A stretch of DNA of 60,447 nt, counting the filler, from Sphacelaria rigidula (Eukaryota): the NCBI GenBank assembly GCA_964200075.2. It is 10 parts of 10 records of this genome, joined end to end, with 100 filler letters (N's around TTAATTAATTAA, not from the genome) between each part and the next. Parts side by side here need not be neighbours in the genome. Positions count along the whole stretch, not along the records: positions 18,166 to 24,120 come from CAXNAA020023241.1; positions 24,221 to 30,175 come from CAXNAA020023242.1; positions 30,276 to 36,230 come from CAXNAA020023243.1; 7 more parts are not named here. One strand, 5' to 3'. Below are positions 24,029 to 36,146 of the stretch, piece by piece (the stretch's first letter is position 1; every line of letters begins with the position of its first letter). The position numbers and the translations under genes are program-made. The notes beneath the pieces were generated by a model that was not told the DNA's origin, did not search any database, and was given only the letters and a program-made list of their open reading frames with translations.

Positions 24029-24519
24029 AACCGTAGGTTGTGAACGCTATAGCTTCTGCCAGATGATCTGGACAAGAGGGCTATTCAGTGAGGGACTTCT
24101 CCAGAATCCACTGGCCTCACNNNNNNNNNNNNNNNNNNNNNNNNNNNNNNNNNNNNNNNNNNNNTTAATTAATTAANNNNNNNNNNNNNNNNNNNNNNNN
24201 NNNNNNNNNNNNNNNNNNNNTAAAACTTAACCCACCAGCAGAAACGACACCACACCCCCAACAAAAAAAATACCCCCCCCCCCCCCCCCCCCCCAAGGAA
24301 TGAACAGCAATAAAAACCGATCGTAGAGCGTGAAAAAACAGTTACTGAACTCTTTGTCGCGGAGGGATTTTGTGAACACCATGAAACGGAAACATATATT
24401 TCACGTTGAGAGGAACACATGCAAAGACTTTCACGTGACCCAACACAATATTTCCTCTATGTGGCTGTCGGTCCTGTTTTTTCTTCTTTTTTCCTTCTTT
24501 CTTTCTTTCTTACTTACTC

Positions 24520-24595
24520 TGTTCTCTTTTTTGCTGCTCCTGATCACGGGCTAGATTGTTGCAATCAGCTGATGTGAGATGAGTAATCAATCAAC
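24520..24595 (+). repeat. 3' end of a dispersed repeat with an (ATCA)n tail; inverted copy at 27878-27950
   Basis: CTCCTGA(T/C)CACGGGCT(A/G)GATTGTTGCAATCAGCT..TGTGAGAT(G/A)AG(T/C)AATCAATCAA occurs in both copies. Confidence 0.7.
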
Positions 24596-24671
24596 CCAAC
24601 ACAGTGAAAGGAGAACTTGAAGGACGCGCTGCCCCCGCAAACCAGGAAGACACAGCTCGAGCCGTAGCTGC

Positions 24672-25236
24672 TTAACCCTTAGACTGCGAAGGTGGTCTAT
24701 CTGGATCATTGATATTTTTGTCGAGTGAGATCGATGCCGACTCAACAGATGACCTACTCTCGCTGTCCAAGGGTTAATCCTTAGACGACGAGAGTAGGTC
24801 ATCTGTTGAATCGGCATCAGTTTCACTCGAAAAAAGTGTGCGTGATCGAGATGGTTAACCCTTGGACAGCGTAGATTCAAAAGGATGCATAGTTCAGATG
24901 GACTACGTTCGCGGTCAAAGAGTAAACACCCAGACCGCGATGCGGATAGTCCATCTGGATCACGCATTCTCTTCCCAGTGAAATTGATGTGGATTCAGCA
25001 GGTGACCTACCCTCGCGATCAAAGGGTTAACCCTTTGACCGCGAGATTGGTCTTCCCGGATCATGCATACTTTTTTTCACTTGACATTGATGCCGATTCA
25101 ACAGAAGACTATCGTCGCGGTCCAAGGGTTAATCTTTTGACCGCGAGGGTAGGTCACCTGCTGAATCGGCATCAAAATCCCTTGGAAAATTATAGGTGAT
25201 CCAGATGGACTACCCGCATCGCGGTCCAAAGGTTGA
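24672..25236. mobile_element. Tandem cluster of about six piggyBac-type MITE units (65-100 bp) separated by TTAA
   Basis: Units CCCTT.GACCGCGA...TCGCGGTC(C/A)AAGGG with TTAA or a variant at 24672, 24774, 24855, 24923, 25027, 25129 and 25233. Partial relatives lie at about 5915-5950 and 9770-9817. Confidence 0.8.
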
Positions 25237-25266
25237 CCCTTTTGGGACTATATTGTAGCTCAGTTA

Positions 25267-26049
25267 GGGCGTGTCTTAGTACCTTTTTTCTTCGATCGAA
25301 AAAACGAGCGGTGGAATTGAGTCAAGTGAAAATTTCTCGTTTTGATCCAGTTGGGTCCGGATGGATTTTCAAGCTTTCGATCGAAGACAGTGAAATTCGT
25401 GAAACGGTACATGGTCTGTACTGTTTGCACTGCTTGCAAGTAGGGTGTCTTGGGTGCGTGTGTGCGTCAGAAGAAGATAAGGGGGAAGCGGGCAATGTGC
25501 AGTGCAGACAGCCCAAGACTATCAGTTCTCTCTGCTTGCAATGCGACTTGAAAATAGCTTCAGCAACGTGCAGCTTTGTACTGCCTGCATTGTCCATGAG
25601 CGTGCACACAACTCGGTTGCCGTACCGCACGCAGTTCCGTCCCTGATGACTACCATGAGAGAAGATGCGCAAGTTTTCGCCAACAAAAAGTAAAGAAAGC
25701 ACTGCCCAACTACTTTCGTGTATCTATCCCTGTGCTCACCTCGTGCTCTATGCTGCAGGGTTGCCGTGATAGCTGAGAATGAGTTGGATAGAGTTTGCAT
25801 GATACTGAGAACGGGTGTTATTTGGCGTGGTGGTCTGCAAGACAAGGGTCAAGTGCCGCTTCGTGCCTTACTGCATGTTTTCGATCGAAAAAAAATGTTT
25901 TTTCACTCGTTGCATTCTTCTCCGCGCGCCGGTAATTATAATTTTGAGTCGAAGCCTTCGAGGAACATAAATGCGGTGGACCTAACAGATGGGCAGACAA
26001 AACTTCGATCGCACTTTTTCGATCGAAAAAAAAGTGCTAAGACACGCGC
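25267..26049. mobile_element. PIF/Harbinger-type non-autonomous element
   Basis: TIR GGGCGTGTCTTAGTACCTTTTTT.TTCGATCGAAAAA / TTTTTCGATCGAAAAAAAGTGCTAAGACACGCGC with 3-bp flanks TTA/TAA. A shorter relative lies at 41572-41753. Confidence 0.75.
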
Positions 26050-26447
26050 TAACAAGGGATTCACCATGTATTAGTAAAGGCATACTCGGGAGTAATAAAA
26101 AGCCTGGGAGCGACCTGCCCAATCAGGGCGCGGCGAAATTTATCGACCACATCGGAACGACCAGTGGGGGGGGGCTGTTGTAGCGGTGATGTCACTGCCA
26201 AGTTGGTGCGTGTACCCTGTCCCTGACCCACGAGAAAGCCTTCGAAGCAAAAAGGAAGCCCAAGTGGTCGGGGCTCGGCTTCCGGGTTTTTCATCATTTA
26301 CTTGCATTTTACATGGGCCCGACCTCCACTCCCCCGATTTTTTGGGGGGTCACCATCCTATAGTGAAACCTAGTTGATTACACTAACACATCGTGCATGG
26401 GGAAAATTCAGTAATGAATGTACCCTTCTAAATTATATACAAAATTA

Positions 26448-27332
26448 CACAGGCACCGTAGGTAAGGTAGGTACCCGGTACCGGTATTTGGGACATCTCA
26501 TACCCTACCGATACGGGTTTCATCTGGTATTTTCAAATGGCATACCTACGATACCGGGGGTATACCCGGTATTTACCGAACGCGATACACTCCCCACGAT
26601 GCAGCAGCTGGTGCCAGCTCACGCTGAGGCCAGAAGCTGTCGGAGCAGGCACGTCTTGTTTTCACAAGTAATTAATACTCAGATTCCCCCCTAGATTGCG
26701 TGTTTGGATCAATTCGAATGAAATATTTTTATGTCGTCTGATGTTTTTCGTGTGTGGTTATGAATATCACATCATCATTTGAAGGTATATATCGTTTCAT
26801 GTCGAAGATGAGCATCATACGCGATGGTATTCCACGTGCAAGCATACACTCAGAAAGAAAACGAAAATGAGGAAAAACAAAAAAACGAGGTGTCGCAGGA
26901 GGCATACATATGTGCCAAAATACCAATTAAATAACCTTCCATATTTATATACCGCAAATACTGCGCAATCACCGGGTGCTCTGAATGTAAAAATACAACC
27001 ACACATGGAGGGGCAAACCCTACTCTTGCGTACTACTGCACTGAAACGCTTCGCACTGCCAGATGACAGTTTTGAATTTGGTACAGAGGGTGAGGCAGGT
27101 ACCCGGTACCGGTATTTGGGACATCTGATACCCTACCGATACCGGTCCAATCCGGTATTTTCGAATGGCATACCTACGATACCAAGGTAGTTCGAAATTC
27201 CAGTGCCTATCGTACCTGCCAAATCCGGTATTTTCAATGGCTGCCTACGATACCTACGCATACCACGGTATGGGATACCCCAGTGAATTCCGGGGGTACG
27301 CTCGGTACGGTACCTTACCTACGGTGCCTGTG
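26448..27332. mobile_element. hAT-type non-autonomous element with internal duplication
   Basis: Perfect 22-bp TIR CACAGGCACCGTAGGTAAGGTA / TACCTTACCTACGGTGCCTGTG and perfect 8-bp TSD CAAAATTA. Block 26469-26555 is repeated at 27097-27183. Confidence 0.9.
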
Positions 27333-28729
27333 CAAAATTAGACTCAACGGTCGACGAGGGAAATAGACTGCTGAACCCCTCTCGCGATAAAAAATGAAGG
27401 CAAGTACCGCAAAAGGAAGGTGGAGTACTAAAAGCAAACAGAAAAAGAAGAAACTCCTGTGTTGACGTTCCTCCTGTGTGACCCCGGCTAATTCGCCCGA
27501 CCACGAAGGGCTGTGTGGCAAGGTGATGGGGCAATATCCAAGGCCACAAGTGGCGGGCGGCGGTTGCCATATCCTGTTGAAGGCTCTTCACGGCGACCCA
27601 TACTGCTTGATACATCTGTACATTACCTGATGCGCATAGCACCCGAATTATAGTACAGACAGTTTGTACCTGCACCTGAAAATAGATTGGATGAAACTTT
27701 CGGTCTTCCTCTCTAACCCTGCAGTTGCATACATGCGTGTATTTTTAGCCAGATGAAGCCACTGTTCTATGCATATGCAGGACACGTCATTCCTAACCAG
27801 CCTCATTGGTCGTTCTGGAGGCCCAGTCCCAAAAGGGTTAATAGCTCAGTACATTGTGTGGGACCTCGCTCAAATCTGATTGATTGATTGCTTATCTCAC
27901 ACTAGCTGATTGCAACAATCCAGCCCGTGGTCAGGAGAAGCAGAAAAAATGAACAGGATAGGAAAGAAATAAGGGAACAAACAGAAAAAGATGGAAGCAA
28001 CAGCCACAAAAAGGAGACAAAGAAGGAATCAGCGACAACGGCAAAAACAACAACAAACACAAACACAAACACAAACAACACAAGATCTGCTGATAAATAA
28101 ACGAACGATATTTGTGTGAGACACGCGTACAGCACATGCCCATGTTTTCGCTTATAATTTGACTCGCACGTTGCGCCCAATACAGAATGGATGTCCGTCG
28201 AACCGAGACTGCCGTACGAGTATAAGATCATTTTGAGGGTGAGACAACCCGTCAACAGATTGATGAGCATCACACAACCTTCTGTTTTATGTTCGATTTC
28301 ATCGACGTTGTTGTTGTTGTCGGCGGCGGCGACGTTTTTTTTTACGTTGCGGTTGTTGGCAGATGCATCTGGAGGTCAAGTTGGAAGATTTCAAGACCAT
28401 GTTCGCTGGCAGGATACGGTCATGCTTCACGGGCAAGGATGCTGTGGTGAGGATCGTCCAGACCCAAACCTACCCGCGGTCGTAGGGGTGGATAACTACT
28501 GCCCCCCCCCGTCCCCCGCTCGGCTTCCTCAGAGGGAGACCGTGGTGTTAAGGGACCAACTCATCTTCCCCCCAGTACTCACTTGACCCTGCGCTTTAAA
28601 ATGTAAAAGCCATAGGTATACCACAAATTCCTTCAGTTTCCCGGATCAGAGCAATTTAAGCATATCGCTGTGAAATGAAGACCAACCTGGTCATGCATGC
28701 TCTGCCGCTAAAGGAAAGAATAGATGACA

Positions 28730-28915
28730 AAAATGTACTGCGTAACATACGACCTCAACGACGGAACCAGATTCTGCCAAAAAAAAAAAACTGTCGGGAT
28801 TCGAACCCGTGACCTCCGTACCTGTAGTCTCCTCTATCACTTAATTTGCAGGGCCGCAGCGGTGCCACACGAAAGTTCCAAGGGCGACCCATTCTTGAAA
28901 CTTTTCTGCCGAAAT
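28730..28915 (-). repeat. Dispersed repeat containing a degenerate tRNA-like 3' half; homologous to 54494-54665 (+)
   Basis: GGAGGTCA(C/T)G(G/A)GTTCGAATCCCGACAG followed by a T-run in both copies. The flanks also align. Confidence 0.65.
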
Positions 28916-30947
28916 TTCACCAGGATCTTCTGTGCGCAAGTAAGTGATTTGTGTTTCGGGATACGGCCGTTTTTTTTTTTTTTTTAGTTTTTTTTTTTTT
29001 TTGTTTTTTGTTATATTTTAAATTGTTTCAACTTTTTTTTCTTTTTCTTCGTATCCCGTAGATTGTTTCGCGTCTTGATGAAGATGCTGTGTCAAAATTT
29101 CAGCACCTGTCTCCTCAAACTTAGCCGCACGTCACTTTTGCCCCGAAAATAACATGTTGGTTGGCTGGTCCAGCCCGTATTAGATGAGCATTTCCCGCAC
29201 CCTGTCGACTCGCATCGACTTGGAAAAAAAATTCCCCTAAACCCTGGCCTTGTTCTTTTGCTCACGTTTTCGGAAAATGCGAAGATGGACAAGGAAAAAA
29301 CACAAACCTTTCGCGCCGGTTGCTTCCCTTGGTTGTATTAACGTGCAGTGTAACATCAGCACACCGTGGACAACGGATTACATGGTCGAAATGTGTACTG
29401 CGTACAGTATCTACTACAGGCTTCACGGTGATCACCCGAAATTGTGTCATCAGCAAATGCCTTTCGCAATACCTACCCAATAGTCGTATACNNNNNNNNN
29501 NAGCGCCCGTCAAATTGTTCCGAGATCGAAATCACGAATACCAAGCCCAATTTCCACTCAATCTCCACATGCTTTAAATCGTAGTAACCATCATCGGCTC
29601 CGGAATCTAATGAAGAAAATATTTTAAAACGGTTACTACGGGGGTCGAATTATACCCAAAATCGTGATGTTTCGGTGATGTCGGGTGTTGGCGTCGTCTA
29701 ATTTTCACTGATGATACGCACGAATGACCCAGGGAGCCTCGTGACGGTGTCCCCTATATCTGTCGTAGAAAAGCTCAGATCACCCTCAAATTTGGCGGTT
29801 CCGTAGGTATTGATGCTCCAAATGGAAAAATTGTGTTTTCGAGAGCATTTTATGGTTTCTCCGTTCTCTACCGGCTTCCAGGGGTCCCAGTATGAAGACC
29901 CCCGGAAGGCGGTAGAGAACACCTTAGAAGAAAAGTAATAAAATGATGCGTCCCGAGAAGTCAAAGGAACACATGTACAAAGTTTGGTGCAAAAACTCGA
30001 AAACCTCAAACAACAGTTTTTCTTGCCTTCACGTGAAGTTCACCTCAAAATGCGTTTTTATACTAGAACCAAGTAGTTAGGAGTTGCACGTTTCAAGCCC
30101 ACGTCCTCCACAAACGCGCAAACTTTCACGCCGTCAGGCTACTTCTTATGTAAAGAAAAACGTTCCCAGAAGGGCNNNNNNNNNNNNNNNNNNNNNNNNN
30201 NNNNNNNNNNNNNNNNNNNTTAATTAATTAANNNNNNNNNNNNNNNNNNNNNNNNNNNNNNNNNNNNNNNNNNNNACAGCCGACTCCCCCCCCCCCCCCC
30301 CCCCTATCGTAGGATGACTCACGTGGGTAAGAATTGCTGGAGTGGTAATCACGGGGGGGGGGGTGATTTCCCCCGTGATGCGAGGCACGCTGTTCTGGGC
30401 GTTTGAGATGTCGACTACCTTGTCGGCGATCGACATTTATCCGCCCGTCACGTCGTTCATGGGAATCAATACCTCGATTATAGCATTCATGGCAATTACG
30501 TGAATTGCATGATGAGGATTGGGGGCAGGAGTTGTGGTTTCGGCGTGATGATGACGTAGTGGATCGTTGATCTGAGATGTGATGCACACTACGATCCGAG
30601 CAGCACTGTCGGCATAGGTGGTGTGATTGGTGATGTGAGCGGGATGTGTACTTGTGGTTCATATATGATGGATAGGAATTGTGGTTGCGGTGGTAGTTAT
30701 CGGTGCAGCATGCATCTTGGTTGCATCACCTCCTGCATCTCCCACTCCCACGTCGTCCGACCGATGCGTCACTGTGGGAAGCATTATGAACTGCAGTGGC
30801 AAGGGCACGATTTTTCGATGATCCTACCCTGCTCCTCGACAAGTCTAGTTTTACGTGCGCAGTTTTTACTGTACTTTCCAAAGTTGCAGTATCGATCTCA
30901 GGCGTCGCAAGCAACACACCTCTTTGAATCTCGTAATCTGATGATAG

Positions 30948-31210
30948 TGTAATGCGTGAGAGGACCGCGTGCTTAGAGGACCGCATCGGAATATGAACAT
31001 CCCTATGGTAAGGGTTAGGGTCAGGGTTAGGGTCAGGGTTAGGGTTATGGTTATGGTCAGGGTTAGGGTTATGGTTATGGTCAGGGGCGTGGTACCTTCA
31101 GGGACTGGCCGGATTGGTTTCGAAAAACGTCGATCCAGAGGTGTTTTGAACTACGGCGCGGTCCTCTAAGCACGCGGTCTTCTAAGCACGGGGTCCTCTT
31201 ACGCATTAAA
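30948..31210. mobile_element. 263-bp MITE with TGT...A(C>A)A ends, 4-bp TSD and an internal telomere-like array
   Basis: 37-bp TIR TGTAATGCGTGAGAGGACCGCGTGCTTAGAGGACCGC / GCGGTCTTCTAAGCACGGGGTCCTCTTACGCATTAAA, with TSD ATAG at 30944-30947 and 31211-31214. Confidence 0.9.
31004..31086 (+). repeat. Interstitial telomere-like hexamer array (TTAGGG/TCAGGG/TTATGG)
   Basis: About 14 hexamers, read directly from the sequence. Confidence 0.92.
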
Positions 31211-34200
31211 ATAGTCTACGCGCATAGTGCCTGTTGGCGTCAAACTCCGAAATTACAGTGCCATACTGGTGTCTCTTGTTCCTGATGAGATTTGCCTTGC
31301 TTCAGAAAACCAAAGATGACTCGCCCATAACCATTTCGATGTCATCCCACTCTTGTCCGAGACGTGTTTTTTGTTCTGCAGTGGGGAAAACACGGTAGTA
31401 CTGAACAAAATAATCCCATGCTTTACTAGGAGAACCAAGGATCGCTAGGTGTTCCACTATCTGAGGTGCGGTGATATTTTCCAACATTATGTCCCAAGGT
31501 CATTGGGCTATGCCAACTACCTCATATCCATACTGTCTCTTTTACCCTATCTCAGATAGATGAAACACACGAATAGGGACCTGCGAAAAAAGGGAATCAT
31601 AGCATCTCTCATGGCAAAAGTACACGCACATCTGTACATGAAACAACCAAAATTTTGACTCAAGGCTCTCTCCCGCCTTCAATGATCCGTCTCAAGGGCG
31701 AATACTATTATTCTCACGTACGCGTACAATATTGCTGTTGGCTCGTTGCTCTACCATGTAAACATCCTGCCTGACTTCGTGGAAACCTCGTGGGTTGCTG
31801 AGGCGATCTGTGTTGTTTGCTGTACTAGCTTGCCCAGGGTTGTCCTGTGGGCCTGAATAATCAAAATGCGTGCCTCTCTCTCTCTCTCTAACTCTGCAAT
31901 GGCTTCACGTTTGACCTTTTGCTTCGCGGCCTCCATGAGTTCTGCTTGCTTCACTTCCATTGGCCGCAATTTCTCTGCTAACGTCTTTTCAATGCTTATT
32001 TCATTTGTAGTAGCTATTGCTTGGCCGTACTCAAACGCTCAACGTGCAACTTCTGCTTCTTGTTCTGCTTAAATGCTTCTCCTCACGTACTTGACTATAC
32101 TAAAACGCTTGACGTGTGATTGTTTTCCTGTTCTGCTCAAATGTTCTTCTCACGTGCTCGACAGCGCTAAAACGCTTGACGCGTGACTTTCTCAATCTTG
32201 TCCTGCTCCAATGCTTCTGCTTACGTGCTCGACTGTATTAGTCGTTCAACGCGTGACTCTCTGAAACTTCACTCTGCTTACTGACTGAGATCCGTCTTGC
32301 TCAAATGTGCCCTACGAAGGTCTCGTATTGTTAGCGTATTGAAAGCCCAATAAAGGAGGTTGACCGGACCCAACTCTCGCACTTTCCCCCAGCTTGCGAG
32401 CACGGTTTCGATATCATGAAATGAGATTCTAACATTATTACCCTTCTCCCTCACAAGGCTTGTATAATCGAAGACCTACAGGCAGTCGGTACATGCAGCA
32501 ACGAAATTGCAATAATATTCCGAGCTGAACCGACTGCTTACCACAAGTAACTGTCGTCGGTCGAAAGTTGTTCTCAGGCAAGACCTTCCTGATTAGCGCT
32601 TGAAGGCGTGAGTCAGGAATGCAATGGCAGGTGGTTAATCATAGGACATCCCTGTTCCTAACCATATCCCGCCTCAGCTTAGGATGGCTCTCCTCACAGA
32701 ACAGTTTGTTTGCGAGAGACACCTCGCGACCCTCACACCAGGCATGCAACCGGTTGACAGCAGAGAAGCTTAATTACAGGATCTCAGCCCCCCTTTCAGT
32801 CGCCAGGAAGAGTCAAGTCACCCGCACGAGTTTTTTTCCCCACTCCGCATACCAAGAAGGTCTACACGAGTGTTTGATCTCTGATACACCCATCCCCCCA
32901 ACTGGGATGTGGCAGACTGTCTGTTGTCCTGGTTTTGCAGACGTCGGAAGAAATCAACGACTGCAATAACACCGCCAGCTTCCGATTATTAGATCCTGCC
33001 GCAAGCGCGCAGCCGTCCTTGCTCGCATGTGTGTGTGAGCGAACCGTACCGGTGGCGGGAACATCACGCTGTGTTTCGACGATATGTTCTACTGCACACA
33101 GAGGCCCTTCCTGGCCAAGCAGAGAGGCAGATAAATTGACCTTCGCATTGGTCAGTGCCACAGACAGGAGACGACCACCGGGGCATCCCGCGATCTTGTT
33201 TCAAGGGCTGTGCTACGATAACCCGCCTGCCCACATATGGCAACTTGGGTATGTGCTGGTACTATAACATGATACTAATCTTTGCAGCGATTGGGAATCG
33301 ACGAACGAGGACTCCTGAGGTGATATCGTCATCGACACGCGTGTGCACGGCATTCGTTTGGTGCACTTGACAACACAGGCTCAAATGCAACAACAACTCT
33401 GCTTGCAAAAATGCTTTTCCTTGGTGATACTCTTGGGCGTGAGTTCTTCATTTTTCGAAGGCGAGTTGAACCCCATTTTAGTGTTCAGCCCCAAAAATTA
33501 GAATCGACTGTTGAAAAGCGTCTACCACTCTTCTTTCGACTGACTGCTCTTCAGCGGTAACTCTGGTCTTTCACCAAAGTAGGTCTGCCTTAAGTGCAGC
33601 AAATGTTGCGGACGTGCACTGATGCCGGGTCTGGGGCTTGCAGTACACACATGTAATCGGTAAAACGAACGGATGGGTCTAGTATGATAGATGCACCTTG
33701 CACCATCATTGCTCGGGCGCCTGCATTACGGCACCGTTTCATCCTAGACTTCCTGCACCGACCCAAAACACTTGCGTGCATGCCCCACCATGTCAGCTGT
33801 ACTTTCGTTTCTCCTGTCTCTGCACTGCTGCTGCAGCTAGTGCTGCTAAGTGTATGACACATTGTCATAGTATTTGAACGGACTGGCCTAGGGGTCTATA
33901 TTCTCTCAGGCACACATATCTCGGCGTAAAGCAACGTTTGGATATGAGTTTTTGGTTTGGTCGTGGAGGGATGGCAGCTCGTTGGAAGACCCAAGTCGAT
34001 GTTCCGGATTGGTTGACAACAGCCGACACGAGATTCAAGGGCATGGTTCAATTGTCTTGTCTGCTGCGCATTGAATGTTCAATTGCACAACAGATAGCGT
34101 TCCCGGAACGTACGTTGGATCGAGAATTTCCCTCTCATCTGCTTTCCGATTCTTGTACCATAACTAGACATGGATGCAATTCTGGCGTAGGGTAGTTGCA

Positions 34201-36146
34201 CTGGTGCCCCCGAGTACCTCTCAGAGCACTCTCTCTCTCGGATATCGGACTTCATCAGCTTTAGCCGCCGTTGCTCTGAGTTCCAAGTGAGTCCCTACCA
34301 GTAAGCTTTATAGTCGCGTGGAACGATTGGCTCTGGTTCGGATTGTAAACTATAAGGAGATCATTTATTTCTTTGAACACCTAGACTGGACTGCTTAGTA
34401 TGGTTTGGATCGGGCTGACTGTTGCTCCACAGTTGTGCTTTGCAACCAGGCACATACGGCTCGAGCCTCTGTTTGTGAGAACATAGCAGGACGCATGTGT
34501 AGTGAGGCCGCCTTCTCGGAGGCGCCTAGACCTAATTAATGGAATGCAAGTTTAGTCCATCATGACTAGCCGGATGTAATGGTATTCACTTCGTTTTCAA
34601 AGATGAACCGGCATCATCCTAAGAGGTGTTGGCCCTTAGGGTGCATGTGCTGTGCGCGCGTCTCACACGAGCAACCGTTTCTGAATAGTTTGTTGCAGGT
34701 TCACACATCACATGCTCAGCTGGCGGGCAGCTGCGCCTTACTTTCCAAACTATGCTAGGCGACATGATGCAGCGCACATACTTGTAAACGGTGCCCATGT
34801 ACTCTCGCTATCGGTCCATTGCGCGTGGCGGCGAAAACGCTGAAAGCCTTGTATCAACAGTAAGAAGCTTCATATCAAGTTGGAATTTGCACGGAGTAAG
34901 TCAGGCAGTCATTAGGGTTGATCGGTTGTAATCGACAAACAATGTAAATCATATCTGTGAGGTTTTTAGCGCGGGCGACCTCCATTGAGTAGGGGTGTTG
35001 GGAACAAGCGTTGGCACACGTTGCTTAGGCGATACTCAGTGGCACAGCGCAGGACGGAATTTCCGTTTGTGTGGTGTTTTTGCGGAGCAACCGCTGTCGG
35101 CTCTCAAGCATTGGAGTTCTCGCTGGGACGATACAGAGCGATATAAAAAACGGTCCAGTATAATCGACAATCTTTGATGAGAAGAAGAAACGACCTGATG
35201 TGAAGAAGAAACGACGTCTCAAGGAGACGAGCACAAGAGAACTCTCGAGCTCTAAGAAGACGAGCACAGAAGGGCGCACGAGCACATGGGGAGCCACACT
35301 TTTCCCTCTTCACTTCCTCAACTTCTCATCATGGACACCAACACTGCATTATTCTCCGCAAGCATTTGTTGGCCAAAGCATCCGTTCAACACCAACGTTT
35401 CTTTCTTGCATCGTTGAGCGGCAGTACTCTCGACTGCTTGACATATGGTAGCCCCAGCCTACTACAAGCAATTTGTGGGTGTACAACAACATATCCACTA
35501 CACCCGCATCAGCGCCGCGATCCGAAACTCAGACGGTCACGCAAACACTATGCCAGGAGTTGCTGCATGCGCTCAAAATTTCTCGACATGCATATATTCC
35601 GACATCTTTCTCATCCCCTTTGGTGCAGTTGCGTCACAGGTGGAGGCAAGTTGGGGACTCGAAGTAGACATCCCAGCCATGCCGTTTGTCGGACCGGTTT
35701 GCGACGGTTGACGGGAACCAATCGTTGAGCACGGGCATCCGCGACAGCGGCGAATGCTGCGCTCGGTGTTGGGGCTTTCAACTCGTCGATCAGACTGGCT
35801 AGATCTTTTAGCGCGAGTTCGGACGGCTCACCAGGGGTGTCGATAGAGCCGAATGCAGCGTAGCACAATCCAACACCCCGATGAAAACACTGCGCGTGAG
35901 TAGGGTAACAAAACCCCGATGTGCTTCTATTCATTTTCTCCGCCGGACGCCGGACGATTTTCGCCACGTCCTGCCATGTTGGGGAAGCGAGCGACGTGTC
36001 AGTTGAGATACAGCGCGTCAATGAACGTGTGTCAGGTTAGGCGAATCGCCGTGTCAGCCGAAGACGTTCTCCCTCGTACAGTTCTGTCTTCTCAAAACAA
36101 GACAGGAGAGCAAACGTACAGTACTATACGGGAACTCAGATGCACA

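Larger units (their letters stand above)
18259..24120 (-). mobile_element. Ty3/Gypsy LTR retrotransposon internal region (gag-PR-RT-RH-IN), decayed, LTRs not in contig
   Basis: Domain order is gag Zn-knuckle, protease, RT, RNase H, integrase. Multiple stops and frameshifts are present. Confidence 0.95.
25237..27837. mobile_element. piggyBac-type non-autonomous element inflated by nested insertions
   Basis: Perfect 13-bp TIR CCCTTTTGGGACT / AGTCCCAAAAGGG, flanked by TTGA and TTAA. Confidence 0.6.
30440..32300 (-). pseudogene. Ty1/Copia-type gag remnant, interrupted by a MITE
   Basis: SPSKAWDYFVQYY..TAEQKTRLGQEWDDIEMVMGES (UBN2/Retrotran_gag_2-like), then QYGTVISEFDANRHYARR|LSSDYEIQRGVLL...RALA, then degenerate knuckle CHECYNRG. 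The N-terminal part is coiled-coil and tandemly repeated. Confidence 0.7.

Noticed and set aside
31004..31086. True chromosome end
   Set aside because: The array is short, degenerate, internal and enclosed by TIRs and a TSD.
34986..35060. PPT-like GAGTAGGGG followed by TGTTGG as an LTR start
   Set aside because: No upstream RT/RNase H end, no matching LTR terminus and no second copy found.
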